Shown in pieces: positions 11,968 through 22,724 of a stretch of 64,000 nt of DNA. The notes below the pieces were generated by a model that was not told the origin of the DNA, made no database searches, and saw nothing but the letters and a program-made list of their open reading frames with translations. The position numbers and the translations under genes were made by a program. Numbering within the stretch: the stretch's first letter is position 1; each line of letters starts with the position of its first letter. Origin of the DNA: an uncultured Alphaproteobacteria bacterium (GTDB lineage Bacteria; Pseudomonadota; Alphaproteobacteria; Rs-D84); assembly GCA_947367055.1 (NCBI GenBank), contig CANBCI010000003.1, positions 24,175 to 88,174 on the forward strand. Direction: 5' to 3'.

Positions 11968-13752
11968 TTATTCGCCGATAAAACCGCACGACTGCATCCG
12001 CCACAAGCGCGCATAAATTCCGCCGCGCCGCCTTATCAAATCCGCATGCCGCCCAGATTCCGCAACGCGCCCATTTTCCAGAACGATTATGCGGTCTACA
12101 TGCTTTAACGTGGACAGTCTATGCGCGATTATCAGACATGTCCGATTTCGCGTCAAATGTTCAATTGATTCTTGAACAACCGCCTCTGACTGGCTGTCCA
12201 GGGCAGATGTTGCCTCGTCCAGGACTAATATCGGCGCATCCTTTAGAAACGCACGTGCAATGGAAACCCGCTGGCGCTGACCGCCGGACAGTTTTATTCC
12301 GCGCGTACCGACAACGGTTTTGAATCCGCGCACGGTTTTCATGATAAAATCAAACGAATTTGAACGCCGTGCGGCATCCTGAATTTCGCCAAAACCCGCG
12401 TCCTCGCGGCCGTACCCTATGTTTTCACGCAATGTACGATTAAACATCGTTTCATCTTGGGGAACGAACGCGATATTGCGGCGCAGTGAATCCTGGGTCA
12501 CATCACGGATATTTTGCCCGTCAATCAGGATTTCGCCCCGCGTCGGGTCATAAAACCGCATAATCAGCCGGGCCAATGTCGTCTTGCCATTTCCAGACAA
12601 CCCAACAATGCCAATCTTTTCCCCGGGTGCGATTTTCAAATTAAGATTTTGCAAAACATATTCTTTTGCGTCCGGAAAACGAAACGACAGGTTTCGAACC
12701 ACAATTTCACCACGGGCCACATTTAATTCCGGCGCACCTGGCGCATCGCAAATCGTGACGGGGCGCACCAGTTCGCGATACGCGGACTTTGCGCTGCTGT
12801 ATCCCTTGACCATGGCCGGCACTTTTAGCAGCATTTCAAATACCATATCGGTCACGGTTTTATATGTCATGATACAGAACACCGCGTCACCCGCCGTCAT
12901 GTGCCCCCGCATCGCCAGCCATATGCACACCCCCATGCACGCAATAACCGCAAAATCCAAGATATAAGAACTGGGTATCCAGAAATAGCAATCCGCCAAT
13001 TCATGCTTTATTCCGATACGACGCAACCGTTCGCGCGCCGGGCGCAAAATTTCGCGTTCGCGACGCGCGCCCGCAAACAGTTTCACCGTTATGAAATTGG
13101 ACAAACTGTCGTTCAATGCCCCAGAAATATCGGAATGCAAATCAGCCCACTTGTCCGACCATTTTGCCAAAACCGGCATGGAATAAATTGTCCAGATTAC
13201 ACCGATTAAATTAAACCCAAAGAACATTGCCGCCAATAGTGGACTGGCCTGTATCAGCAGTATCGTCGACAATATCACAACACCAAACGAAACGGAAAAA
13301 GAAACCCAGCCCTCTGGCATGCAGGCATAAAACCCCTCGTTTATATAATCCATGTTGCGCGCAATTTTTCCGGGTTCCGTCTTTGAATAAAATGAAATCG
13401 ATTGCGAATTGACATAGGTCTGCAAATCCTCCGATATGTGCATGCGGGCGTATTCCTCTATCTTGCGTTCGAAAAAATAACGCAAAAACCACGCGACATG
13501 CACGGCCGCCATGACCGCGGCAAATCCAACCAGCAACGGCATCGCATACCCCAGCAAATTTTCCACCGGCGGATTCCCAATCCAATCAATTATGTATTTG
13601 CTAAATATCGGGTACAAGGAATACTGAACCAAGCGCGCAAACACCAGCGCACCAAAAAATCCCGCCAGCCAACCCTTTTTCGCAAACAGATATTTCGACC
13701 AAAAACGCCATAACGATTTCGGCAAGTTCGTATTTTTTATATATTTTTTCAT
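11968..13752 (-). CDS. ABC transporter permease/ATP-binding protein (MsbA-like exporter half-transporter)
   Basis: Six TM helices followed by an NBD with Walker A GLSGNGKTTL, signature LSGGQRQRVSIARA and Walker B ILVLDEATSALD. Confidence 0.9.
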   Translation of the reverse strand: MKKYIKNTNLPKSLWRFWSKYLFAKKGWLAGFFGALVFARLVQYSLYPIFSKYIIDWIGNPPVENLLGYAMPLLVGFAAVMAAVHVAWFLRYFFERKIEEYARMHISEDLQTYVNSQSISFYSKTEPGKIARNMDYINEGFYACMPEGWVSFSVSFGVVILSTILLIQASPLLAAMFFGFNLIGVIWTIYSMPVLAKWSDKWADLHSDISGALNDSLSNFITVKLFAGARREREILRPARERLRRIGIKHELADCYFWIPSSYILDFAVIACMGVCIWLAMRGHMTAGDAVFCIMTYKTVTDMVFEMLLKVPAMVKGYSSAKSAYRELVRPVTICDAPGAPELNVARGEIVVRNLSFRFPDAKEYVLQNLNLKIAPGEKIGIVGLSGNGKTTLARLIMRFYDPTRGEILIDGQNIRDVTQDSLRRNIAFVPQDETMFNRTLRENIGYGREDAGFGEIQDAARRSNSFDFIMKTVRGFKTVVGTRGIKLSGGQRQRVSIARAFLKDAPILVLDEATSALDSQSEAVVQESIEHLTRNRTCLIIAHRLSTLKHVDRIIVLENGRVAESGRHADLIRRRGGIYARLWRMQSCGFIGE

Positions 13753-13830
13753 AGCAATATAATCTTACCCCCCCCCCCCGAATTTTGTCAATGGGGAAAT
13801 GAAAAAAGGTGGTTTGCCACCGCCCTTTTT

Positions 13831-15615
13831 TTATTCGCCAATAAATCCGCCCGACTGCATACGCCACAGTCTGGCGTATTCACCGCCGCGCCGTAACAAT
13901 TGCGTATGCGTTCCCGATTCCAATATTTTTCCGTGATTTATAACAACAATCCTGTCCATGTTGCGCAGGGTGGACAACCTGTGCGCGATGGCGATTGTCG
14001 TGCGACCGGCGGACAAATCATCAAACGATTTTTGAATTGCGATTTCCGTCTCGCTATCCAGGGCCGATGTCGCCTCGTCCAGTACCAATATCGGCGCATC
14101 CTTTAGAAACGCGCGGGCGATTGCGACACGTTGACGCTGGCCGCCGGACAGTTTTATTCCGCGGTCCCCAACCATTGAATCATACTTCTTTTCGGTCGCC
14201 GCAATAAATTCGTGGGCGTTGGCCCGGCGTGCGGCGGCGCGAATTTCATTCAATGACGCATCCGCGCGGCCATAACCGATATTTTCACGCAGTGTACGAT
14301 TGAACATTGTCGGTTCCTGGGGGATAAAGGCGATACTCTCGCGCAGGGAATCCTGGGTCACGTCACGAATGTTTTGCCCGTCAATCAGAATTTCACCGCG
14401 TGTCGGATCATAAAACCGCATCAGCAGATTTACCAACGTCGTTTTTCCCGCGCCCGACGCCCCGACTAGGCCAACGCGTTCCCCGGGCTTTATCACCAAG
14501 TTAAAATCACGCAGCACCCATTTGTTTTTATACTTGAACCAGACGTGTTTAAATTCGATTTGGCCGCGCGTAACGACCAATGCCGGCGCATTCAGCGCAT
14601 CCTGTACGTCAATCGGAACAATCAGTTCATCATAGGATTTTTTCGCACTGCCGATTTTATCAACAATGTCCGGAATCATGTCGACAATTGCGCCGATTGA
14701 ACCCATAACGGAAAAATAAACCGATGTAGTAAATACGATTTCACTCAATTTCATTTCGCCACGCACAAACAAATACACACACAGAAACAACGTCGCACCG
14801 TACATTATATCCCAGACAATGCTGGGCACCGCCCAAAACAAACGCTGTACGTATGATGAATAAATTGAGTCACGAATACGCTTTGCACGCGGCGCGCGCA
14901 GATATTCGCGTTCCTTTTTGGCACCGGCAAACAATTTTACAATTGAAAAGTTTGATAAGCTGTCCACCAGTTTCCCCGACAGGGTTGAATATGATTCACT
15001 GGCCTGCTTGGACGCATTGTGCATTTTTTTCATCAGCGCCAGACTATAGACCAAACGAAATGCGAACACGCCCCCCAGAATCATCGCGACATAACGGTTT
15101 ATCCCGATAACCAATCCGACATTCAGCAGCATAATTAGCGTCAGCGCCGTCACCCGAAACAAGCGGTTTACAATAAACACTCCTTCGGAAACATAGTTTA
15201 TCTGGCTGTTGATTTTGCCGGCCATGCGCCCGGTCCAGAACGACATGGATTGATTCTGTGTATATTCGGTCAGAATTTCCGATATTTGATTTTTTATAAT
15301 CGGACTCAATCTTGAAAATAACATATCACGCAGGGTCATACCCAGTGTGAATGACATTTCCAGTCCAATAATCAGCAGCAGTGTCGGCAACGCATGCATA
15401 ATAAACGCCTGCATTCCGGTTACCGGATATTCAAACAATGCGATAAACCACCGCTGCGTCATGGGGAACCACATATTGCTGGAAATAGTCCAAAACATCG
15501 GTATTGACCATGCAATCAACAACGCCCAATGCCCGCGCGCGGCATACGACACGTAAAACCGCCACAATGACTTTGGCAACTGCGCCACAGATTTTGATTC
15601 TTTTGCCTGTTTCAT
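13831..15615 (-). CDS. ABC transporter permease/ATP-binding protein (paralog, likely heterodimer partner)
   Basis: GASGAGKTTL, LSGGQRQRVAIARA, ILVLDEATSALD. The C-terminus RLWRMQSGGFIGE is shared with the neighbouring gene. Confidence 0.9.
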   Translation of the reverse strand: MKQAKESKSVAQLPKSLWRFYVSYAARGHWALLIAWSIPMFWTISSNMWFPMTQRWFIALFEYPVTGMQAFIMHALPTLLLIIGLEMSFTLGMTLRDMLFSRLSPIIKNQISEILTEYTQNQSMSFWTGRMAGKINSQINYVSEGVFIVNRLFRVTALTLIMLLNVGLVIGINRYVAMILGGVFAFRLVYSLALMKKMHNASKQASESYSTLSGKLVDSLSNFSIVKLFAGAKKEREYLRAPRAKRIRDSIYSSYVQRLFWAVPSIVWDIMYGATLFLCVYLFVRGEMKLSEIVFTTSVYFSVMGSIGAIVDMIPDIVDKIGSAKKSYDELIVPIDVQDALNAPALVVTRGQIEFKHVWFKYKNKWVLRDFNLVIKPGERVGLVGASGAGKTTLVNLLMRFYDPTRGEILIDGQNIRDVTQDSLRESIAFIPQEPTMFNRTLRENIGYGRADASLNEIRAAARRANAHEFIAATEKKYDSMVGDRGIKLSGGQRQRVAIARAFLKDAPILVLDEATSALDSETEIAIQKSFDDLSAGRTTIAIAHRLSTLRNMDRIVVINHGKILESGTHTQLLRRGGEYARLWRMQSGGFIGE

Positions 15616-15640
15616 AAATCTTTCCCCATATTAGACCCAC

Positions 15641-15833
15641 CAAAACGGTCGTTTTGATTGGGCGTTTTTCATTTTTTACATATCCCGAAAATCCGGGATT
15701 TTTGCCCCAAGTGCTCGGCTATATGCAAACGACCGTTTTGATTGGGCAAGAAAAAAAAGTATAAAAATCCCGATAATCCGGGTTAAAAGTCGCAAATGCA
15801 CAACACTAAACAAACGGTCGTTTTAATTGTGCG
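15641..15833. repeat. about 85-bp tandem repeat (2.3 copies) containing palindrome AAACGnnCGTTT
   Basis: CAAAACGGTCGTTTTGATTGGGC occurs at 15641, 15725 (reverse-complement spacer) and 15810. Each copy is followed by a cccgaaaatccggg-type hairpin. Confidence 0.65.
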
Positions 15834-15885
15834 TGCCACCCGACCTTGGGCGGATTATATACATATCAAAAAAATTATTCAAGGT

Positions 15886-17655
15886 TTATTTCACAACAAT
15901 ATCATGAAATATTTCGGCCGGAATTGTGCCGCCGGTCACCTTTGACGACATTGGGGTAAAATCGTCATTACCGACCCAGACACCGACAATCATGTTATTT
16001 GTCGCGCCGACAAACCACGCGTCACGGTTGCCGTTGCTGGTGCCGGTTTTACCCCCCAGAACATTTTTACCCGCCGCGCGCCGTCCGGTTCCCCCCGCAC
16101 GCACCACATCGGCCAGCAATTGCGTCATATATTCAACCGTGTCCGGTTGCAACACCGGTATCGGATCGGACGGATTTCGTTCATAGAGAACATTTCCCAT
16201 CGGGTCTGTTATTTTTGTAATGGAATACGGACGCACCGACGCACCGTCATTCCAAATCACTGCATAAATCGTCGTCAAATCCAGCAATGTCATTTCCGAC
16301 GCCCCCAAAACCGTTGAATATTCACGACGCAACTTGGTGCCAACCCCCAAACGCCCCGCCATATCCAGCACCGCGTCAATTCCATAGGTTTCGGTTAACT
16401 TTAACGGAACGGAATTCACACTTTTTGAAAATGCGGTGGACAATTTTATATCGCCATAATAGCGTTCGTTATAATTCTTTGGATTATAATCGCCGATTGC
16501 AAACGGAGAATCATTCACATACGTGTCCGGCGTCATTCCGTTTTCCAATGCAACCAAATACACAACCGGCTTGAACGCACTGCCCGGCTGACGGGGGGCA
16601 ATGGCGCGATTAAACTGGCTGGTTTGATAATCCGCGCCGCCGGCCATGGCCCGCACCGCACCCGAATGCGTCATGGCGACAACCGCACCCTGATAATCAC
16701 CGACCTTTTGCGGCAAAATGGTGGCAACGCGTTCCTGTAACCCCATATCCAGCGTCGTGTACACATACATATCGGATTCAAAACCGCCGATGCGCGAACG
16801 CACCTCGTCCAGAACAAAGTCCGTCCAATAACGATAGGCATTTGTGTCGGGCGTGGGCGCGGCCGCCGACAAAGACTGCGCGGCGATGCGTGCCTGGTTT
16901 AATGTAATGTATCCCTGGCGCACCATTTCGGTCAAGACAACACGCGCGCGGGCAATGTTTTTTTCCGGATGCTGCAGCGGGCTGTATGTCGTCGGCGCCT
17001 TTAGCATGGCGGCAATCTGCGCGGCCTGGGCAATGGTCATATTATTTGCGGATGTTTGGAACATTGCGCGCGCGGCGGCGTCAATCCCGCGCATTCCGCC
17101 AACCAGTGACACGCGGTTCATGTATAAATCCAAAACCTGGTTTTTATTAAAACGATTTTCCAACCAGTACGATAATATCAGTTCCTGAATCTTGCGCGAT
17201 ATTGTTTTTTTCCGCGACAGGAATATGTTTTTCGCAGTCTGTTGCGTAATGGATGACCCGCCCGCCGCAATGCGCCCGTGAATCAGGTTTGACAACACCG
17301 CACGCGTAATGCCGCGCACATCAATTGGCCCGTGCTTAAAGAAACGTTTGTCCTCGATTGCGACAATTGCCTGCCACACATGGGGCGGCAATGTTTCAAC
17401 CGATACCGGCGCCCCCATTATGCGGTTTGACGCGCGAATTTCCGTCCCGTTTTTATCCAGAAATATAACCGCCGCGGGTCGTGTTTCATGCAATATCGCA
17501 TCCAATGACGGCATTTGCAGAAAAATCACCAGGACATACGCCGCCAACGCCACCACACACATCAGAAACAGATTCAACAAATAAATCAGCATACGCCGCC
17601 TGAACGAAGGGGCGGGCTTTTCATCAATTTTTCTAACTGCGGCGCGACGCGGCAT
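15886..17655 (-). CDS. class A penicillin-binding protein (transglycosylase/transpeptidase)
   Basis: GT51 motifs (ILSYWLENRFNKNQVLDLYMNRVSLVGG) and the transpeptidase SAFKP motif. Confidence 0.85.
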   Translation of the reverse strand: MPRRAAVRKIDEKPAPSFRRRMLIYLLNLFLMCVVALAAYVLVIFLQMPSLDAILHETRPAAVIFLDKNGTEIRASNRIMGAPVSVETLPPHVWQAIVAIEDKRFFKHGPIDVRGITRAVLSNLIHGRIAAGGSSITQQTAKNIFLSRKKTISRKIQELILSYWLENRFNKNQVLDLYMNRVSLVGGMRGIDAAARAMFQTSANNMTIAQAAQIAAMLKAPTTYSPLQHPEKNIARARVVLTEMVRQGYITLNQARIAAQSLSAAAPTPDTNAYRYWTDFVLDEVRSRIGGFESDMYVYTTLDMGLQERVATILPQKVGDYQGAVVAMTHSGAVRAMAGGADYQTSQFNRAIAPRQPGSAFKPVVYLVALENGMTPDTYVNDSPFAIGDYNPKNYNERYYGDIKLSTAFSKSVNSVPLKLTETYGIDAVLDMAGRLGVGTKLRREYSTVLGASEMTLLDLTTIYAVIWNDGASVRPYSITKITDPMGNVLYERNPSDPIPVLQPDTVEYMTQLLADVVRAGGTGRRAAGKNVLGGKTGTSNGNRDAWFVGATNNMIVGVWVGNDDFTPMSSKVTGGTIPAEIFHDIVVK

Positions 17656-17761
17656 GGGGCATAATCTCCTGTTGGGAAAAATTATACCACAAATGAAAAT
17701 ATCCCCGCCATAAAAAAGGAAATTAAAAATCCCCGCATGCGCGGGGTATTATTTATTTGTA

Positions 17762-18334
17762 TTACTTGTACACAACAACCATCGCGGTTCGCAGAACACT
17801 GTCGCCGAACATGTATCCGGTCTGCATTTCCGCCGCAATTGTGTCTGGTTCCGGCGCCGGGTTTGCATCTGCCGGAATCGGCATTATTTGAATCGCATTA
17901 TGAAACTGCGGATTTAATTTTTCCCCAACAGATTCAATTCGCGTAATCCCAATCTGGGCAAAGACAGATTCCAAGGCCCGGCTCATGGATTTTATGCCCT
18001 CGTCATCGGGGTTATGCTTTAACGCGGCGTCCACTGCATCCATAACCGGCAATATTTTCCCGGCGATTGACATTGCACGCGTGCGCGCCATGCTTTCCGC
18101 GTCAATCGCCGCACGACGACGCGTGTTTTCCAATTCGGCCGCCATGCGCAGATATTTGTCATTTAACTCGCGAACTTCCGCAATCAGGGTATCAACCTGA
18201 TTTTCGCACTTGTCACCGTCCGCCGGATTGGTTGAATTGCATTTGGCGCCCGCATTGGCCGCCGCATCATCATTTACGGCGACCGCCGCATCGTCCAGGG
18301 ATACTTCCTCTACCTTTACTTCTTTTTCTTCCAT
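17762..18334 (-). CDS. grpE: nucleotide exchange factor GrpE
   Basis: LRMAAELENTRRR coiled-coil region and C-terminal VLRTAMVVV. Confidence 0.85.
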   Translation of the reverse strand: MEEKEVKVEEVSLDDAAVAVNDDAAANAGAKCNSTNPADGDKCENQVDTLIAEVRELNDKYLRMAAELENTRRRAAIDAESMARTRAMSIAGKILPVMDAVDAALKHNPDDEGIKSMSRALESVFAQIGITRIESVGEKLNPQFHNAIQIMPIPADANPAPEPDTIAAEMQTGYMFGDSVLRTAMVVVYK

Positions 18335-18398
18335 GACTTTACCCGTTTTAAAAACTTGTGGGGGCGGCGGATTTGCCCCCGACGCCACCACTATATAA

Positions 18399-19103
18399 TT
18401 ATTTCACACTGGTTATTATAGGTATGAAATCATCCGGCGTCAAGGATGCGCCGCCAACCAACACGCCGTCAACATTCGCAATTGACATAATCTGCGCCGC
18501 ATTTGCACCCTTTACGCTTGCCCCATAGAGCACCGGCGTACCGCCCCGCCCCATTGATTCCAATGTTTTTGCAATCAGTGTGTGCGCCTCTGCAATCTCG
18601 GCGTCTGTCGGGGTCAGGCCCGCCCCAATCGCCCAGCGCGGTTCATACGCGATTATAACATCTGTGTCCGGCATATCCGGCACGGATTCGCGCACGCCCG
18701 ATTCAATAATGGCCATGGTTTTGCCGGCCTGTTTTTCTTCCATTGTTTCACCAACGCAAATAATCGGCGTCAGGCCATGCGTCAACGCGGCGGCCGCCTT
18801 TTCACGCACAATGTCGTTCGTTTCATTGTGATACATGCGCCGTTCACTGTGCCCAACAATTACATACTTTGCCCCCGCATCACGCAGCATTTGGGCCGAA
18901 ACCTCGCCGGTATAGGCACCCTTTTCATGCGTGCTTACATCCTGGGCCCCCAGCGCAACTGTTGAATCCGTCGGTTGAATCATTGTGAAGGGCACACACA
19001 ACACAACACGGTTGTTCGTTTCAACCGCCCCCAGGGCCGCAATCATTTCAGACAGCGCCGCGCGACTGCCGTTCATTTTCCAGTTTCCAGCAATTATTTT
19101 CAT
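18399..19103 (-). CDS. tpiA: triosephosphate isomerase
   Basis: MKIIAGNWKMNG, AYEPRWAIGAG and GGASL motifs. Confidence 0.9.
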   Translation of the reverse strand: MKIIAGNWKMNGSRAALSEMIAALGAVETNNRVVLCVPFTMIQPTDSTVALGAQDVSTHEKGAYTGEVSAQMLRDAGAKYVIVGHSERRMYHNETNDIVREKAAAALTHGLTPIICVGETMEEKQAGKTMAIIESGVRESVPDMPDTDVIIAYEPRWAIGAGLTPTDAEIAEAHTLIAKTLESMGRGGTPVLYGASVKGANAAQIMSIANVDGVLVGGASLTPDDFIPIITSVK

Positions 19104-19171
19104 ATTTTTTCCCCTTTTTTTAATTGATTTGTATTACATCGTTTTGCTATGGTAGCGCAAAAGGGGATCAA

Positions 19172-20587
19172 ATGCTAGAATATTTACGCAATGCGGCGGA
19201 AAAACCGCTGGCAAAAATTTTAATCGGAATTTTGGCCTTTTCTTTCGTGGGCTGGGGGGTTGCAGAATATATATTCGGCGGCGGAATGCAGAACGCGAAC
19301 ACATTGGCCCGCGTCGGGGACGAGGCCGTCACAATGCAGCAGTTTAATCTGGAAAAATCACGCGTAATGTCAAATATGACGCGTGAACAGCAACGGGCCG
19401 TCTATGCCGATCCGGCCGCCACAATGGCATTTTCAGACGGGATTATGGCCACGCTTGTCACGCAACAAATGGCGAATTCACGCGCCAATGATTTGGGCTT
19501 TGTCGTATCCGATGCGCGTATCGCGCGCGAAATCCGCGAATTCCCAGAATTTCAAATGAACGGCCAGTTTTCAACCGCAATGTTCGACGCGGTTTTGGCC
19601 CATTCCGGATATACCGAGGCGGACTTTGCCCGCCTCCTGCGCGACCAGATTTTGCGTTCAATGACATTAGGTTCCATGTCGGTTCCGTTGCCGGTGGCAA
19701 CTTTTGCGGCGGATGCCATGTACAATGCCCGCTATGGCATGCGCGACATCGAATACGCAACGGTGAAATTTTCCGATTTTAATGTCGGTACACCAACGGA
19801 CGCGGAACTGCGCGCATTTTATAATCAAAACCCGCATATAGTTCCGGAAACACGCACTGTGTCATATGTACTGATTCCGGCCGACATGTCCAAACCGGAT
19901 TCATACGACGCGGCATACAAAACCGCGCAAAGCGTCGAAGACGATATCATCGGCGGTGAATCTTTGTCAAAGGCGGCATCCGCGCACAAGGCGACATTCA
20001 AATCATTCAAGGCGTTTGATGCGGCGCATCGCCCGGCGGATGAACTGATGACCGACGCCATTGTCGCAAAAATATTTTCCATGGACGAAGGTGTGGAATC
20101 CGAACTGATTGAAACCCGTCGTGGTTTCGTCATCATCCGCGTTGACGCGGTTGCGCCCGCGCACAATGCCGAATTTGATAGCGTTAAAAAGAATCTGGTG
20201 GCGGATTGGACACGCGACGCCCAGCGCAAACAGGCATATGTAAAGGCGAACGAACTGCTGGTTGATTTGAACAAGGACGGCAAACTGTCTGGGAAAAAAT
20301 CGGCGACTGTTTCGCGCACATCGGGGGCGCCCGCGGCATTGCTGGTTTCGGCGTTCAACACACCGGCCGGCACAAACGCAATTGTACCGGACGCGGATGC
20401 GTTTTATGTTCTATCGGTAAAATCCGAAAAGGCGCCGAAAACCGATACAAAAAATATGGCGAACATAAAGAACGAACTGCAGAACATGTCAATCCGCATG
20501 CTAATGGATGATTACAATTCATTCCTGATGCGGACATACCCGGTAAAAATAAATTCCAAGGTGTACAATCGTTTCTTTAACAAATAA
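19172..20587 (+). CDS. periplasmic chaperone PpiD-like (SurA N-domain protein)
   Basis: N-terminal TM anchor. Overall architecture matches alphaproteobacterial PpiD-type proteins. ATG start with AAGGGG RBS. Confidence 0.6.
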   Translation: MLEYLRNAAEKPLAKILIGILAFSFVGWGVAEYIFGGGMQNANTLARVGDEAVTMQQFNLEKSRVMSNMTREQQRAVYADPAATMAFSDGIMATLVTQQMANSRANDLGFVVSDARIAREIREFPEFQMNGQFSTAMFDAVLAHSGYTEADFARLLRDQILRSMTLGSMSVPLPVATFAADAMYNARYGMRDIEYATVKFSDFNVGTPTDAELRAFYNQNPHIVPETRTVSYVLIPADMSKPDSYDAAYKTAQSVEDDIIGGESLSKAASAHKATFKSFKAFDAAHRPADELMTDAIVAKIFSMDEGVESELIETRRGFVIIRVDAVAPAHNAEFDSVKKNLVADWTRDAQRKQAYVKANELLVDLNKDGKLSGKKSATVSRTSGAPAALLVSAFNTPAGTNAIVPDADAFYVLSVKSEKAPKTDTKNMANIKNELQNMSIRMLMDDYNSFLMRTYPVKINSKVYNRFFNK

Positions 20588-20589
20588 AA

Positions 20590-20617
20590 ATGCGCCCCGA
20601 CATGGGGCGCGTTCTTT
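20590..20617 (+). terminator. Rho-independent terminator
   Basis: GCGCCCCGACATGGGGCGC hairpin followed by a T-run. Confidence 0.6.
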
Positions 20618-20669
20618 ATCCTATATTCTTATTGAATATTTCCGGTATTTTGACTAAATTTTATTATAT

Positions 20670-22724
20670 ATGAAAAAAGAACTGTTTGATTTTCTGACAA
20701 CCGACCTGCAGTTTATCAAGGGGGTCGGCCCGGTACTGGCCGCCCGTTTTGACGAGGTTTTGTCCGGCCGCCGCGTGATTGATTTTCTGCTGCACCGGCC
20801 GTCTTATGTCCGTGCGCGCGATGTCACCGAATGTATCACCGATGCGACGCCGGGCGATGTGGTGACGGTGCCGCTGCTGGTAAAATCGCATCGGGCGGGA
20901 CGCGTATTTCGCGGACGCCGTATTCCGACCCAAATTTTGTGCAACGATAAAATGGGCAATGCCGTCACGGTTCAGTTCTTTAATGCAAATTTTCTGGATT
21001 ACTGGTTAAAAAAACTGCCCGTCGGTCAATGGCGCATGGTCAGCGGGAAACTTGAAAAATCAACCCGCCCCACAATCAACCACCCCGAATTTATCGAAGA
21101 AATGCAAAACGCCGACCGTATTCCGTCGGCCCAGGTAATATACCCCGCGGGTGAAGGATTGACCCAGAAAACATTTGCGTCCGTGCGCGATCAAATTTTT
21201 GGGGCGCTGGCCGATAAAATATCCGCGGACGAAGACGCACGCCTGATTGAATTTTTTGACGCGTTGCGACATGTGCATTTTGCCGCGTCCGATGCGGATT
21301 TGGCACCGCAATCGGAATACATGGTAAAATTGGCGTATTGGGAACTGCTGGCGCAGCAATCGGCGATTGTAATCAGTCGGCGCAATCGTCAAAACACTAA
21401 AAACCGCCGCATTCCGCGCACGAAAAAATACGACTTGATGGAAAAATTCAATTCCGCCCTGCCCTTTGAAATGACGGGGGCGCAGGCACGGACATTAAAT
21501 GAAATTTTCGACGACATGTCTGGCGATATTCCGATGATGCGCCTGGTCCAGGGTGATGTTGGCAGTGGCAAAACAATCGTTGCAATGGCCGCCGCGGTAA
21601 AAATGGCAGAATCGGGCGAACAAACGGCATTTCTGGCGCCGACGGACACATTGGCCCAGCAGCATTTTGCAAAACTAAAACCCATGTGCGATAAAATCGG
21701 GATCGTGTGCGATATTTTGACCGGCCGGGACAAGGGTGCGGCGCGTCGTGAAAAACTGATATCATTGCGTTCCGGGCGCACACGCGTTGTCATCGGAACG
21801 CATGCCCTGTTTTCCACCGATGTCGAGTACAAGGATTTGGGTCTGGTCATAATTGACGAGCAACACCGCTTTGGCGTTTCCCAGCGCGAGGCACTGCGCG
21901 CCAAGGGTGCGAATCCGGATATGCTGGCGCTGTCAGCGACACCGATTCCGCGAACACTGTCCATGACGATATATGGCGACATGGATATATCGATTATAAA
22001 TGAAAAACCCGCCGGCCGCATTCCGATTAAAACGACAAAATTGTCGGCCGCGCGTATGGCCGAACTGATTGTGCGGATAAAGGCGCAGGTTGACAACGGC
22101 GCCAAGGTATTCTGGGTATGCCCGCTGGTCGAAGGGACGGAAACCACGGATATGTCCGCCGCCCAGGCGCGCTATGACGAATTAAAGAAATATTTCCCGA
22201 CGACCGGTTTGGTTCACGGCCAGATGGATAAAAAGCAGCGCGACCGCATAATGGCGGAATTTGCCGACGATAATTCAGGCATGCAAATATTGGTTGCAAC
22301 CACGGTGATAGAGGTTGGCATAGATGTCCCGCGCGCAACAATAATCGTAATTGAAAACGCGGAACGATTTGGTCTGGCGGCACTGCACCAGTTGCGCGGA
22401 CGCGTCGGGCGCGGCAATCTGCAATCGTACTGCATATTGGTCTTTGGACGCAACGCCAGCGAAGACGGGTTAAAGCGCCTGGAAATCCTGTGCGAAACGG
22501 ACGACGGATTCGTCATCGCAGAACAGGATTTGATGATGCGCGGCACGGGTGAACTGTTGGGCACCAGGCAAAGCGGCTGGATAAATTATCACTTTGTAAA
22601 TTATCGCGAACACCGTGATTTGTTCCGCCTGGCGACAAGTGCGGCGCGCGATATGGACACAATTGACGAATGGACGCGCGACCTGATGTATATTTTTGAC
22701 CGCGGGGCGACAATCAATGCGTAA
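20670..22724 (+). CDS. recG: ATP-dependent DNA helicase RecG
   Basis: Wedge domain, helicase motifs GDVGSGKT and DEQHRFG, TRG motif region. Confidence 0.95.
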   Translation: MKKELFDFLTTDLQFIKGVGPVLAARFDEVLSGRRVIDFLLHRPSYVRARDVTECITDATPGDVVTVPLLVKSHRAGRVFRGRRIPTQILCNDKMGNAVTVQFFNANFLDYWLKKLPVGQWRMVSGKLEKSTRPTINHPEFIEEMQNADRIPSAQVIYPAGEGLTQKTFASVRDQIFGALADKISADEDARLIEFFDALRHVHFAASDADLAPQSEYMVKLAYWELLAQQSAIVISRRNRQNTKNRRIPRTKKYDLMEKFNSALPFEMTGAQARTLNEIFDDMSGDIPMMRLVQGDVGSGKTIVAMAAAVKMAESGEQTAFLAPTDTLAQQHFAKLKPMCDKIGIVCDILTGRDKGAARREKLISLRSGRTRVVIGTHALFSTDVEYKDLGLVIIDEQHRFGVSQREALRAKGANPDMLALSATPIPRTLSMTIYGDMDISIINEKPAGRIPIKTTKLSAARMAELIVRIKAQVDNGAKVFWVCPLVEGTETTDMSAAQARYDELKKYFPTTGLVHGQMDKKQRDRIMAEFADDNSGMQILVATTVIEVGIDVPRATIIVIENAERFGLAALHQLRGRVGRGNLQSYCILVFGRNASEDGLKRLEILCETDDGFVIAEQDLMMRGTGELLGTRQSGWINYHFVNYREHRDLFRLATSAARDMDTIDEWTRDLMYIFDRGATINA

